A stretch of 64,000 nucleotides of DNA, taken from the NCBI GenBank assembly GCA_963662465.1, contig OY759599.1, positions 2,208,001 to 2,272,000 on the forward strand. The letters run 5' to 3'. The notes under the pieces are model-generated. The model ran no database searches. It worked only from the letters and a program-made list of their open reading frames with translations, and was not told the DNA's origin. Positions 37,524 to 48,037 of the stretch are shown here, in pieces. This stretch comes from Desulfatiglandales bacterium (GTDB lineage: Bacteria > Desulfobacterota > DSM-4660 > Desulfatiglandales > Desulfatiglandaceae). How positions within the stretch are numbered: position 1 is the stretch's first letter; each line of letters begins with the position of its first letter. The position numbers were made by a program, and so were the translations under genes.

Positions 37524-38336
37524 TCAGGCGCGTTCCGAAAACCAATCAATCAGTTCCCGCGAAATACTGATTCTGGGTGGAATGCGGGGAAGGTCATCCG
37601 GCGCAAACCAGTCCGCATGGGAAATTTCCACGCCGTCCGCCCGTATTTCGCCACCCGCATATTCCGCCGTGAATCCCACCATGAGAGAATCAGGAAACGG
37701 CCAGGGCTGGCTTCCGAAATAGCGAATATTTTTAACCGAAATGCTCACCTCTTCCAGCACTTCCCTTCTAACGCAGTCTTCAAGGGTTTCACCCGGTTCC
37801 ACAAATCCCGCCAGGACACTGTAAAAAGACTCGGGGAATCGGGGTGAATGGCCCAGAAGGATTTTTCCCTCCCTGACAACGGCGACGATAATCGCCGGAG
37901 AAAGCCGCGGATAATTGACCAGCCCACATTCCGGACAAATTTTAGCCCGTTCGCCTTCCTTATCCTTTGTGGGGTTTCCGCATTTGCCGCAGTATTCATG
38001 GTTCCGATGCCAGGCCAACAAATGCCCCGCCAACCCTGCCGCCTGAACGTTATCCACATCAAACCGTTGAAAAACCTGACGCAGTTCCATGGACGAAAAG
38101 GCTTCAGGGATCGGCGCATCGCCGCTCAATTCCGACGCATAGCAGGGCTGATCATTCAGCATGCCGAAAAAGCGTTGCCCGCGGGGAAAAAATGCGGTTT
38201 TTTCCAAATCCGGTGTTTGCGGTATACGGGCATCGTCGCCTTCCCGCATCACCAGAAAACGTTGTTTCTTAAACAAAAACCAGAGAGCGTTTTCAGGCGG
38301 TTTGAGGGGCGGTTTCGCCGTAGATGCAAAAGTCAT
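37524..38336 (-). CDS. nudC: NAD(H) diphosphatase
   Basis: CGKCG..CPEC zinc site, Nudix box GFVEPGETLEDCVRREVLEE, SQPWPFP. Confidence 0.95.
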   Translation of the reverse strand: MTFASTAKPPLKPPENALWFLFKKQRFLVMREGDDARIPQTPDLEKTAFFPRGQRFFGMLNDQPCYASELSGDAPIPEAFSSMELRQVFQRFDVDNVQAAGLAGHLLAWHRNHEYCGKCGNPTKDKEGERAKICPECGLVNYPRLSPAIIVAVVREGKILLGHSPRFPESFYSVLAGFVEPGETLEDCVRREVLEEVSISVKNIRYFGSQPWPFPDSLMVGFTAEYAGGEIRADGVEISHADWFAPDDLPRIPPRISISRELIDWFSERA

Positions 38337-38551
38337 GGGATATATCTCCTTTGAGTTGAATCGGCGTCGCACATATTGACCCGTATTTCCATAACCGATA
38401 GCAGGCTATGGCCCAGCTGTCAAGAATGAGGCGCCTTACTTCGCTAGCCATACCCATTGACCTTTGGCTTTAACGCCTTATATTGTTGCGAGCAATCGGG
38501 CTCTCCCAGAGCCCGTTTTTTTTACGTTGTGATTGAGGCTATTTTAGGAAA

Positions 38552-40138
38552 ATGGATAAACGACACAAACTGGAAGTGGATCGGCGGCGCAATTTCGGCA
38601 TTATCAGTCACCCGGATGCCGGCAAGACAACCCTTACGGAAAAACTGCTGCTCTTTGGCGGCGCCATTCAGCAGGCCGGCGCCATCAAGGCCAGAAAAGC
38701 CACGCGACATGCCACCAGCGACTGGATGCGAATTGAACAGGAAAGGGGCATCTCCGTTACCACCAGCGCCATGAAATTCAACTACCGGAATTTCGAGATC
38801 AACCTGCTGGACACCCCCGGACACCAGGACTTTTCCGAAGATACCTATCGCGTGCTGACGGCCGTGGACAGCGCCCTGATGGTCATTGACAGCGCCAAGG
38901 GCGTGGAACCCCAGACGGAAAAGCTCATGGAAGTGTGCCGCATGCGCAACACACCCATCATCACCTTTATCAACAAACTGGACAGGGAGGGACTGCCTCC
39001 GCTGGATCTGTTGAGCGACATTGAAGAAAAACTTCAAATCGAGTGCGTTCCCCTGTCATGGCCCATCGGAATGGGAAAACGCTTTAAAGGGGTTTACAAT
39101 CGGCATCATCTGGGGCTTCATCTCTTTACGCCGGGACAATCCAGCGCGCCCCGGGAAGGCATCATGATAGAGGATCTCGCCGATCCCCGTCTCGACCAGT
39201 TGCTTGGCAGTCAGGCAAAGGACCTGCGTGAAGATGTGGAATTGCTGGATGGCGCCGCCAATCCCTTTGATATGGGCCACTATCTGAAAGGAAATCAGAC
39301 GCCCGTTTTCTTTGGCAGCGCCGTTAACAACTTCGGCGTAAAGGAATTGCTGAACGCCTTTGTTGAAATGTCGCCGCCGCCGAGGCCCCGCGCCACCCTG
39401 ACCCGGGACGTATCCCCCTACGAATCCGCCTTTTCAGGCTTTGTTTTCAAAATCCAAGCGAACATGGACATGGCCCATCGGGACCGCATCGCCTTTTTGC
39501 GCGTGTGTTCCGGCACCTTCACCCGGGGAATGAAAGTCGTTCACCATCGCATCGGCAAGGAAATTGCCATTGCCAATGCCACTATATTCATGGCCCAGGC
39601 CCGGGAAAATGTTCAGGAAGCCTATCCCGGAGACATCATCGGCATCCATAACCACGGCACCATCAAAATCGGGGACACATTTACTGAAAAGGAACCCCTG
39701 AAGTTCACCGGCATTCCCAACTTCGCCCCGGAACACTTCCGGCGCGTCCGCCTGAAAAATCCAATGAAATCCAAGCAGTTGCAGAAAGGCCTGCACCAAT
39801 TGGCGGAAGAGGGCGCTACCCAGGTGTTCCGCCCCTTGGGCACCAGCGACTACATTCTGGGGGCGGTGGGCGTCCTTCAATTCGATGTCACGGCCAATCG
39901 CCTGAAACAGGAATATGGGGCGGATACGGTTTATGAACCCATGGGCCTGGCGGTTGCGCGCTGGGTGAGCTGCACGGACTCCAAACGCTTCAGGGATTTC
40001 CAGCAGGAAAATACGGCATACCTGGCCCTGGATGCGGAAGATCAACTGACCTTCCTGGGGCCCAGCCAGTGGCGATTGGAACATGTGATGGAACAATGGC
40101 CGGAGGTGGAATTCAAGAAAACCAGGGAGTATAATTAG
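38552..40138 (+). CDS. prfC: Peptide chain release factor 3
   Basis: [40 protein letters not shown]. Confidence 0.98.
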   Translation: MDKRHKLEVDRRRNFGIISHPDAGKTTLTEKLLLFGGAIQQAGAIKARKATRHATSDWMRIEQERGISVTTSAMKFNYRNFEINLLDTPGHQDFSEDTYRVLTAVDSALMVIDSAKGVEPQTEKLMEVCRMRNTPIITFINKLDREGLPPLDLLSDIEEKLQIECVPLSWPIGMGKRFKGVYNRHHLGLHLFTPGQSSAPREGIMIEDLADPRLDQLLGSQAKDLREDVELLDGAANPFDMGHYLKGNQTPVFFGSAVNNFGVKELLNAFVEMSPPPRPRATLTRDVSPYESAFSGFVFKIQANMDMAHRDRIAFLRVCSGTFTRGMKVVHHRIGKEIAIANATIFMAQARENVQEAYPGDIIGIHNHGTIKIGDTFTEKEPLKFTGIPNFAPEHFRRVRLKNPMKSKQLQKGLHQLAEEGATQVFRPLGTSDYILGAVGVLQFDVTANRLKQEYGADTVYEPMGLAVARWVSCTDSKRFRDFQQENTAYLALDAEDQLTFLGPSQWRLEHVMEQWPEVEFKKTREYN

Positions 40139-40283
40139 TGCCTGAACGAAAAAGCCGTTCAGGCACGGTTTTAAGTTTTAGGTTTTAAGTTTTAAGTGAA
40201 AAAACGAAACCATATCATCTAGTTGTAAATCTCTAACGAAAATTGGAAAACGATATTTAGAGGTTTTCGTTCAGGCACTAATT
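40133..40283. mobile_element. MITE-like element with perfect 20-bp terminal inverted repeats
   Basis: AATTAGTGCCTGAACGAAAA / TTTTCGTTCAGGCACTAATT; internal TTTTA(A/G)G heptamers; left end contains the prfC TAG. Confidence 0.75.
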
Positions 40284-40297
40284 GAAAGAAACGATTA

Positions 40298-40382
40298 CTA
40301 TGGCGCTGCAATGCGATCCGCCAAGGTGCCCACCGCGACGGCAAAATAATTGGATCGGTTCCATTTCAGGATCACGCGGTAA
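40298..40382 (-). repeat. Direct repeat B1: orphan allele of the lytic transglycosylase 3' end
   Basis: 40300-40382 is 77/83 identical to 41131-41213; encodes YRVILKWNRSNYFAVAVGTLADRIAAP*. Confidence 0.95.
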
Positions 40383-40394
40383 ACAGGAGGACTT

Positions 40395-40703
40395 ATGCTC
40401 AACCTACAATTAAAAGTGCCGGCGGAAACTGCGCGCCGGCTGAAAAAAGTTCTGGAATATACTCAAAACCAAGAAACCTTTGCGGAAAATATCATCGCAT
40501 ATCAGATTGCCGAAATGAAGAAAGGCAACTTGAACATGAGGCTTGATCTAAAGCAGTTTGAGGAAAAATACCAGATGAACTCAGAAATATTTTACCGTGA
40601 ATTTGTGCAAGGGAAGCTGGAAGACACTGAAGACTATATGGTATGGGCCGGACTTTACGAGATGTTGGAGAAGAATAAAACGCGGCTCCAGGAATTGGTA
40701 TGA
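40395..40703 (+). CDS. Putative antitoxin (TumA-like)
   Basis: LKQFEEKYQMNSEIFY..G..ED..DYMVWAGLY; AGGAGG RBS; ATGA overlap with next gene. Confidence 0.7.
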   Translation: MLNLQLKVPAETARRLKKVLEYTQNQETFAENIIAYQIAEMKKGNLNMRLDLKQFEEKYQMNSEIFYREFVQGKLEDTEDYMVWAGLYEMLEKNKTRLQELV

Positions 40704-41080
40704 TCGAAACCTATTTCTTTCAGATCGAAGCGATTCTAAAGGAGTTTCCCTCGATTCGTTTCTATACTCTCAGGAAAAAGATCTACAACATCAACCAGGG
40801 ATTTCTCAGTGGTTCGATTGTATTTCAAAATGGTCACCTCCTGGATTTCGCTGAAGTCAAAGATGTCGAAGTCCTTGCAAAAATAAAATACCGCTACCAG
40901 TATATGAACGAACGTCAGGAAGTCATTTTCCGATACGACAATGCGCCGCATCACCGACACCTCAAGACGTTTCCTCATCACAAGCATCTTTCCGATGGCA
41001 TTGAAGAGAGTGAAGAGCCTGCGCTATTTGATGTATTGTTGGAGATCGCCCAACGAGAACGGACCAATCCCTTACCATAA
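40700..41080 (+). CDS. Putative toxin, DUF6516/TumE-like
   Basis: KYRYQY..IFRYDNAPHH..TFPHHKH. Confidence 0.78.
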   Translation: MIETYFFQIEAILKEFPSIRFYTLRKKIYNINQGFLSGSIVFQNGHLLDFAEVKDVEVLAKIKYRYQYMNERQEVIFRYDNAPHHRHLKTFPHHKHLSDGIEESEEPALFDVLLEIAQRERTNPLP

Positions 41081-41128
41081 GCCGTGAAACTGGGGCAGCA
41101 ACAACCCGACAATGCGCCTTGAGCTTTT

Positions 41129-42175
41129 TCATGGCGCCGCAATGCGATCCGCCAAGGAACCCACCGCAACAGCAAAATAATTGGATCGGTTCCATTTAAG
41201 GATCACGCGGTAATTGGGATATGCCAGGTATGTGGGACCGCCGGTTTTGTTGGGTCGCACCAGATATGCCGACAAAGCCGGTTTTCCAGCAACACCATTT
41301 CCCGAAACACCCAGTTGCCGCCACTCTTTGAGGGTTTTCCGGGTTCCCGCATCCACCAGTTCTGTTTTGAACCCCGCGGGTAAAGAAACTTCCCCTCCCC
41401 ATCCCTGATCTTTTCTCCAGCCGGATCTTGACAGATAATTGGCGGCGGAAGCCAAGGCATCCGGCAGATTATCCCATATATCCCTTCGACCGTCGCCGTC
41501 ATAATCCACGGCATACGTCACAAAGGATGACGGCATGAACTGGACCTGTCCCATGGCGCCGGCCCAGGAACCATCCATATCTTCCGGAGAAATATGACCC
41601 TCTTCCAGAATTTTGAGGGCTCTGATGAGTTCAGACCTGAAAAAGGCGCTGCGCCGGCCATCATAGGCCAGCGTCGCCAGAGATGCGATCACCGGATATC
41701 CACCTGTAATTTTTCCATATCGGGTTTCAATTCCCCACAGGGCGACAATGTACTGGGGCTCAACGCCGTATTGATCGGATATTTTTTTCAGAAGATTCCG
41801 ATGTTCGTCGTACAACCGTCGCCCATCCCAAACGGTTTTTCCGGAAACAACCCGATCCAGGTATTCCTCCAGCGTGAGTTTGAATTCAGGCTGGGAACGA
41901 TCCAGTTCGATGATGCGAGGAATGGGCTTTACATCATGAAACGCCTGATCCAGAATTTTCTGGGAAACCCCGGCAGCGCGCGCTTCTTTGCAGACCCCTT
42001 CCAGCCATTCTTGAAAAGACGGTTTCTCCACTGCACGGACCTGGCTGACGTTTATAAACAAAACAAGGATCAGCATAATCACAACAGCCACCCACGGAAA
42101 TCCAGTTAAACCCTGATTCCGGACTTTCCATAACAACGCGTCCAACATCCTGAATATACTGACCCTGTTGCTCAT
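41129..42175 (-). CDS. Lytic murein transglycosylase (MltB family)
   Basis: DRSQPEF, ALWGIETRYG, GSWAGAMGQVQFMPSS, ASAANYL. Confidence 0.93.
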   Translation of the reverse strand: MSNRVSIFRMLDALLWKVRNQGLTGFPWVAVVIMLILVLFINVSQVRAVEKPSFQEWLEGVCKEARAAGVSQKILDQAFHDVKPIPRIIELDRSQPEFKLTLEEYLDRVVSGKTVWDGRRLYDEHRNLLKKISDQYGVEPQYIVALWGIETRYGKITGGYPVIASLATLAYDGRRSAFFRSELIRALKILEEGHISPEDMDGSWAGAMGQVQFMPSSFVTYAVDYDGDGRRDIWDNLPDALASAANYLSRSGWRKDQGWGGEVSLPAGFKTELVDAGTRKTLKEWRQLGVSGNGVAGKPALSAYLVRPNKTGGPTYLAYPNYRVILKWNRSNYFAVAVGSLADRIAAP

Positions 42176-42433
42176 TTTTTCTCCTTTGGCTCATTTGATG
42201 GGGGAGAATATCATATTTTCGGCAAAAAACAACCTCGCGCAACAAAATAAATCCGGACCAACATCAAGGGCATGAAGATACGAATTTGTATGATAATTCA
42301 TTACAACAAACATTATTGTAATGCGTCACTTCATTTGCAGACCGCATGATGCCATGTCCATTTCAAGCATAACTTTTAATTTATATTAAAATTCCTGATA
42401 CTTACAATAATTACCGGTGACGTTGCGGTGGTA

Positions 42434-42449
42434 CGGCACAGACCTTGCT
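42434..42449 (+). promoter_or_regulatory. Sigma54 (-24/-12) promoter of amtB
   Basis: CGGCACAGACCTTGCT has GG-N10-GC spacing; upstream palindrome CATTACAA-N9-TTGTAATG (42299-42323) is a possible activator site. Confidence 0.75.
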
Positions 42450-42513
42450 CTGGTGTATGCTCGAATCAAAACCGCAGTGGTGAAAATTTTTTTCTAATTT
42501 TAAGGAGCCTATC

Positions 42514-43851
42514 ATGCTTAAAAAATCGACTGTTCTTTTTTTGTTGTTCGCTGTTTTTGGCCTGAGCCGGGTCTGGGCTGGTGATGAACCGCCCACGCCC
42601 ATTACCAACAAAGAAGCCATTGCCCTGGTTCAAACCCATGCGGATTATGTATGGACCCTGGTAGCGGCGGCCCTGGTATTTTTCATGCAAGCCGGATTTG
42701 CCATGGTGGAAGCGGGTTTTACCCGCGCCAAGAACGCCATCAATATCATGATGAAAAACCTCATGGACTTTTCCATGGGAACCCTGGCCTTCTGGGCCAT
42801 CGGTTTCGGTTTGATGTTCGGCGCTTCCGCATCGGGCTGGATAGGTACATCCGGGTTTTTTCTGAGCGACTTCACCATGGGAGGCGACCCATGGGTGCTG
42901 GCTTTCTGGATGTTCCAGGTGGTGTTTGCCGCAACAGCCGCCACCATTGTCTCCGGCGCCATGGCCGAAAGAACCAAATTTTCAAGCTATATGGTCTACA
43001 GTGTTATAATCTGTGGTATTATCTATCCGATTTTCGGCGGCTGGGCCTGGGGAGGTCTTTTTCACGGGGGCGGATGGCTGGAAAAACTGGGGTTCATTGA
43101 TTTTGCGGGATCTACCGTCGTTCACTCTGTGGGCGGTTGGGCAGCTCTGGCGGGCGCCATTGTTCTGGGACCACGAATCGGTAAATACGCCAAAGACGGG
43201 AAAGTTCGCCCCATTTTGGGACATAACCTTCCTCTCGCGGCCCTGGGCGTTTTCATCCTCTGGATGGGATGGTTCGGATTCAACCCCGGCTCCACCACGG
43301 CCGCCAACAAGGACATTGCCATGATATTCGTGAACACCAACCTGGCGGCGGCGGCCGGTGCAGTTCTGGCCATGTTCACCAGTTGGATGAGAATCGGGAA
43401 ACCGGATATCGGCATGAGCTTAAACGGCGCTCTGGCGGGTCTTGTGGCCATCACGGCGGGTTGTGCCAACGTGACGCCGCTCAGTGCCGTGATCATCGGT
43501 TCCATCGCCGGCATCATCGTGGTTTTCGCGGTCTTCTTTTTCGACAAAATCAAAGTGGACGATCCAGTGGGCGCCGTCTCCGTCCACGGCGTCAACGGTG
43601 CATGGGGCACCCTGGCGGCGGGCCTGTTCAACATCGGCGGCACATCAGGCAAAATCGTTGGGGTGCAGCTCTTAGGAATCGGAACCTGTTTCCTTTGGAC
43701 CTTCGGCACGGCTTTCATCCTCTTTAAAATTATCGACAAAACCATCGGTTTGAGGGTCTCCCCGGAAGAGGAAAGAGACGGTCTGGATTACGCGGAACAC
43801 GGCGGCAACGCATACCCGGACTTTGAAGTCTCATCCTATGTGCAGAAGTAG
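42514..43851 (+). CDS. amtB: Ammonium transporter
   Basis: FFMQAGFAMVEAG, DFAGSTVVH, GWFGFNPGS, DDPVGAVSVHG. Confidence 0.97.
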   Translation: MLKKSTVLFLLFAVFGLSRVWAGDEPPTPITNKEAIALVQTHADYVWTLVAAALVFFMQAGFAMVEAGFTRAKNAINIMMKNLMDFSMGTLAFWAIGFGLMFGASASGWIGTSGFFLSDFTMGGDPWVLAFWMFQVVFAATAATIVSGAMAERTKFSSYMVYSVIICGIIYPIFGGWAWGGLFHGGGWLEKLGFIDFAGSTVVHSVGGWAALAGAIVLGPRIGKYAKDGKVRPILGHNLPLAALGVFILWMGWFGFNPGSTTAANKDIAMIFVNTNLAAAAGAVLAMFTSWMRIGKPDIGMSLNGALAGLVAITAGCANVTPLSAVIIGSIAGIIVVFAVFFFDKIKVDDPVGAVSVHGVNGAWGTLAAGLFNIGGTSGKIVGVQLLGIGTCFLWTFGTAFILFKIIDKTIGLRVSPEEERDGLDYAEHGGNAYPDFEVSSYVQK

Positions 43852-43950
43852 TAAAAGCGGAAATGTTAGCAAAAAGTTTTAAAAACAACAATTTTTGAAG
43901 GACCTATCACAATTTTGAATGGTTAAAACCAAAACCCAAGGAGGAAAGAA

Positions 43951-44793
43951 ATGAAACGGAAAATGATCAAACTTTTATCAACCCTATTGCTTTTGGCCCT
44001 CGCCTTTGTCCCCTGGAACGCCTTTGGCGCGGAAGAAAAACCCCTTCCCGGAGAAGGCACAATCGCCGCGGAACTGGACAAGGTGGTGGATGAAGACCGG
44101 CCCGAACTTTCGGCGGATGTGGCATTCATGAGCCAGTACATCTGGCGGGGTTACGGACTGAGCAAAGACAGTCTCGTGATTCAACCTTCAATAACCGCCG
44201 GTTTTAAAGGATTCGCACTGAACCTCTGGGGAAACCTGGATACGGACAACGAAACCTACGATGGATCCAAATGGAATGAGACGGACATGACCTTTTCCTA
44301 CGGCCACAGTTTCGGGATCGTGGGCCTGGAAGCCGGGTATATCTACTACGCCCTGGATGGACTGGATGACTCCAAGGAATTCTACCTCAGTGCGGGCGTG
44401 GACGTTATTCTGGCGCCCACCCTGACCGTTTACCGGGAAGTCAGCACACTACAGGGATGGTATATCAACCTGGGGCTTTCCCATTCATTTGAACTGCCCT
44501 ATGAGATGAGCCTCGACCTGGGCGCCACATTTGCCTACTACAAATCCGACAACGACAACATGCTGGATTATAACGACGATAATTTGCCCACCGGTGACCG
44601 GTTCAGCGGACTTCATGACGGCTTGCTGTCAGTGGGATTAGCCATCCCCTTCTACAAATATTTTACGGTAACGCCATCCATTGCCTGGGCATTTCCTCTG
44701 TCGAGCTCCGCCAGTAATGAGATGTCGGCTTTGAGCCTGGACGGAAGGTCAAATCACCTTCTGGGCGGCGTCACCCTTTCCATGGCTTTCTAA
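43951..44793 (+). CDS. Outer-membrane beta-barrel protein (TorF/Gcw_chp-like)
   Basis: Signal peptide, SQYIWRGY, ETDMTFSY, C-terminal Phe. Confidence 0.7.
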   Translation: MKRKMIKLLSTLLLLALAFVPWNAFGAEEKPLPGEGTIAAELDKVVDEDRPELSADVAFMSQYIWRGYGLSKDSLVIQPSITAGFKGFALNLWGNLDTDNETYDGSKWNETDMTFSYGHSFGIVGLEAGYIYYALDGLDDSKEFYLSAGVDVILAPTLTVYREVSTLQGWYINLGLSHSFELPYEMSLDLGATFAYYKSDNDNMLDYNDDNLPTGDRFSGLHDGLLSVGLAIPFYKYFTVTPSIAWAFPLSSSASNEMSALSLDGRSNHLLGGVTLSMAF

Positions 44794-44995
44794 TGTAAAT
44801 AACATTGACCCGGTTTAACAGTTGAGTTCTCCCTGGCATCTCTTCTCCTCCAAAAAGAAGAGACGTCAGGGGGGGCTCCCCCCTTTCCAACCCAGCCATC
44901 CCCACCATGAAAATGGCTTCGATGTAAAGCCTTTGCATTCCGTTTCCCTTTGGATTAGGTTAAGAACGCTAATTTACAGGAGGCACTCCCGACTC

Positions 44996-46606
44996 ATGAT
45001 CAGAATCCAACATATCACGCTGGCCTTTGACCACGACCCCGCCGCCCTTCAAAGGGCGGTGCTGGATAAGCTGAACATCCCGGAAAAAGAACTGCTGCGC
45101 TTCCGGATCATTCGAAAATCCATTGATGCACGCAAAAAAAACCGGATCATGGCCGTCTATTCCGTGGATGCGCAGGTCGAAAATGAATCCCTTGTTCTCT
45201 CCCGGCATACTGCGGACCGCAATATCAGCATGACACCGGATCTTCGTTACCATGCGCCGATACCCGTCCGATCAAAAAGAATTTCACCTGTGGTGGTGGG
45301 AACCGGCCCGTGCGGACTTTTCGCCGGATTGATACTGGCGGAAGCCGGGTTGTGTCCCATCATGATAGAGCGGGGAAAGAGCGTTGAATCGCGTGTTCAA
45401 GATGTTCGCAGATTTTGGGAAAAAGGACTGTTCAACCCTGAATCCAATGTGCCTTTCGGCGAAGGGGGCGCAGGAACCTTTTCAGACGGAAAGCTGACCA
45501 CCCAGATCCGGGATGGAAAAAATCGCATTCGAAAAGTCCTGTCGGAACTGGTCAAGGCTGGGGCGCCCGAAGAAATTCTCTATGCGGCAAAACCTCACGT
45601 GGGCACGGACAACCTGATCAGGGTGGTCCGGAACCTTCGGAAAACCATTCTGGCCCTGGGCGGACAGGTTCGGTTTGAAACGAAGCTGACGGATATACGG
45701 GTGAAAAGAGGAAGTGTGGTTGAGGCTATCTTCAACCATGGCGAGACGATCCACACGGATACCCTGGTGCTGGCCCTGGGACACAGCGCCCGGGACACCT
45801 TTTGCATGCTCCATGAACAAAACATTCCCATGGCGCCGAAAGCCTTTTCCATGGGGGTGCGCATCGAGCATCCCCAGACATTGATCGACCAGGCCCAATA
45901 TGGCCCATTTGCCTCCCATCCCGGGCTGGGACCATCGGACTACCGGCTGGTTTACCGCTGTCCCAATGGCCGGGCCGCCTACACCTTCTGCATGTGCCCC
46001 GGCGGCCGGGTGATCGGCGCATCGCCTGAGGCGGGGAGCATCGTCGTAAACGGCATGAGCCTGTACGCCCGCAACAGCCCCAACGCCAACAGCGCCCTGC
46101 TGGTGAGCGTGAATCCAGCCGACTTTGGCGACAACAGCCCCCTTTCGGGCATTTCTTTCCAACGACGATGGGAACAAAAAGCCTTTGAAATGGGCGGCGG
46201 CAACTATTTTGCCCCGGTCCAACGGGTGGAAGATTTTCTATCAGGGAGGCCGTCGGTTTCAATGGGGCAGGTAACCCCCAGCTATGCACCGGGGACAACC
46301 CCAGGGGATTTGACGCCATGCCTGCCGGACTTTGTCGCCGAGACCCTTCGTTCAGCCATCCCCGGGCTGAACCGGAAACTCAGGGGGTTTGCCATGGCCG
46401 ACGCCATCCTGACCGCCGTCGAAACAGGGAGTTCGTCTCCAATCAGAATTCTTAGGGGCAAGACGTTTCAGAGCCCCGGTGTTTTAGGGTTGTACCCCAC
46501 CGGAGAAGGAGCCGGTTACGCGGGGGGCATCATCTCCTCAGCCGTTGACGGCATTCGGGTGGCGGAAGCGATTATTGAGGGAAATTTTGGAAAACCGTTA
46601 GTATAA
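44996..46606 (+). CDS. Uncharacterised FAD-dependent oxidoreductase
   Basis: VVGTGPCGLFA, GEGGAGTFSDGKL, TFCMCPGG, GEGAGYAGGI. Confidence 0.88.
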   Translation: MIRIQHITLAFDHDPAALQRAVLDKLNIPEKELLRFRIIRKSIDARKKNRIMAVYSVDAQVENESLVLSRHTADRNISMTPDLRYHAPIPVRSKRISPVVVGTGPCGLFAGLILAEAGLCPIMIERGKSVESRVQDVRRFWEKGLFNPESNVPFGEGGAGTFSDGKLTTQIRDGKNRIRKVLSELVKAGAPEEILYAAKPHVGTDNLIRVVRNLRKTILALGGQVRFETKLTDIRVKRGSVVEAIFNHGETIHTDTLVLALGHSARDTFCMLHEQNIPMAPKAFSMGVRIEHPQTLIDQAQYGPFASHPGLGPSDYRLVYRCPNGRAAYTFCMCPGGRVIGASPEAGSIVVNGMSLYARNSPNANSALLVSVNPADFGDNSPLSGISFQRRWEQKAFEMGGGNYFAPVQRVEDFLSGRPSVSMGQVTPSYAPGTTPGDLTPCLPDFVAETLRSAIPGLNRKLRGFAMADAILTAVETGSSSPIRILRGKTFQSPGVLGLYPTGEGAGYAGGIISSAVDGIRVAEAIIEGNFGKPLV

Positions 46607-46618
46607 ACTGAGACCTGT

Positions 46619-48037
46619 GTGCCTATGCGCCAATCCATTCAAGAATTTGTCAATGCCATCCTTCTCCTCCAGGCGCCCCTGTCGCTCCTTTTGCTCGGCC
46701 TGATTCTCATGCTCCTGTGCGTCCTTGTTTACCGGGTTTTCCGGAAACAAGGGTCTCAAGACCTCATGGAACTGCAAAACCGCCTTGACCGCATGGACGA
46801 TGGTCTTCAAAGGCTTCTGACGGTCTTCAAGGAAGAAAGCACCCAAAACCGCAATGAGTCGTCCCATCAGGCCCGTCTGGATCGCGAAGAAATGGGAAAT
46901 GGGCTTCGTCGCATAACGGACGGAATTCTTCAACGGATGACCGAAAATGCGGGGATGCAGAAAGACCAACTGGATTCTTTTGCCCGGCAATTGGTGGCGT
47001 TAACCCGGCTCAACGAGGAAAAATCAGAAGCCGTTCGGAATACCATCGATGTTCAGTTGCGCTCTCTAAGGGAAGAAAACAATCTTAAACTCGAAAACAT
47101 ACGGGAAACCGTCGACGAAAAACTTCACAGCACTCTCGAAAAGCGGGTGGGAGAATCCTTCAGGCAGGTCAGCGAGCGCCTGGAACAGGTCTACAGGGGC
47201 CTCGGGGAAATGCAACACCTGGCAACCGGCGTGGGGGACCTGAAGCGGGTTCTCACCAACGTGCGCGCACGCGGCATCTGGGGAGAAGTTCGTCTCGCCG
47301 CCATACTGGAACAAATCATGACGCCGGATCAATACGACACAAATGTCGCCACTGTGAAGAACAGCCGCGAACGGGTGGAATTCGCCCTTCGACTGCCCGG
47401 CCAGAGAGAGGATCCAAACCAGGTAGTGTGGCTCCCCATCGATGCCAAATTCCCCCAGGAGGACTACCAGCACCTGCTGGATGCTCAGGAACGCGCCGAC
47501 AAAGAGAGCGCCGATCGGTATCTGAAACAACTGGAAATACGGATTAAAACCGAGGCGAAAGCCATCAAGGAAAAGTATGTGGCGCCGCCCCACACAACGG
47601 ATTTCGCCATTCTATTTCTTCCCATTGAAGGGCTCTATGCGGAAGTATTGCGCATACCCGGCCTGTGCGATACGCTTCAGCGGGAGTACCGTATTGTGGT
47701 AACCGGTCCCACCACCCTTTCAGCACTGCTCAACAGCCTCCAGATCGGATTTCGCACCCTGGCCATCGAGAAGCGATCCAGCCAGGTATGGGAACTTCTG
47801 GGGACCCTCAAAACCGAGTTCGGTCGGTTTGGAGACGCCTTGGCCAAGACCAAGAAAAAACTGCAAGAAGCCGGCAACACCATCGACCAGGCGGAAGTAC
47901 GCAGCCGGGTCATTTCAAGAAAGCTTTCAAAGGTGGAGGAGATCTCGCCGACTGCCCTTGCGCCGACCCGGCAAGGGAATGATTTACCGGAATGCCATCG
48001 ACCATTATGTCTGACAGATTTCCAGAAGAAGCCATGA
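46619..48037 (+). CDS. rmuC: DNA recombination protein RmuC
   Basis: TM + coiled coil, RGIWGE, PIDAKFP, FLPIEGLYAE, GPTTL. Confidence 0.93.
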   Translation: MPMRQSIQEFVNAILLLQAPLSLLLLGLILMLLCVLVYRVFRKQGSQDLMELQNRLDRMDDGLQRLLTVFKEESTQNRNESSHQARLDREEMGNGLRRITDGILQRMTENAGMQKDQLDSFARQLVALTRLNEEKSEAVRNTIDVQLRSLREENNLKLENIRETVDEKLHSTLEKRVGESFRQVSERLEQVYRGLGEMQHLATGVGDLKRVLTNVRARGIWGEVRLAAILEQIMTPDQYDTNVATVKNSRERVEFALRLPGQREDPNQVVWLPIDAKFPQEDYQHLLDAQERADKESADRYLKQLEIRIKTEAKAIKEKYVAPPHTTDFAILFLPIEGLYAEVLRIPGLCDTLQREYRIVVTGPTTLSALLNSLQIGFRTLAIEKRSSQVWELLGTLKTEFGRFGDALAKTKKKLQEAGNTIDQAEVRSRVISRKLSKVEEISPTALAPTRQGNDLPECHRPLCLTDFQKKP

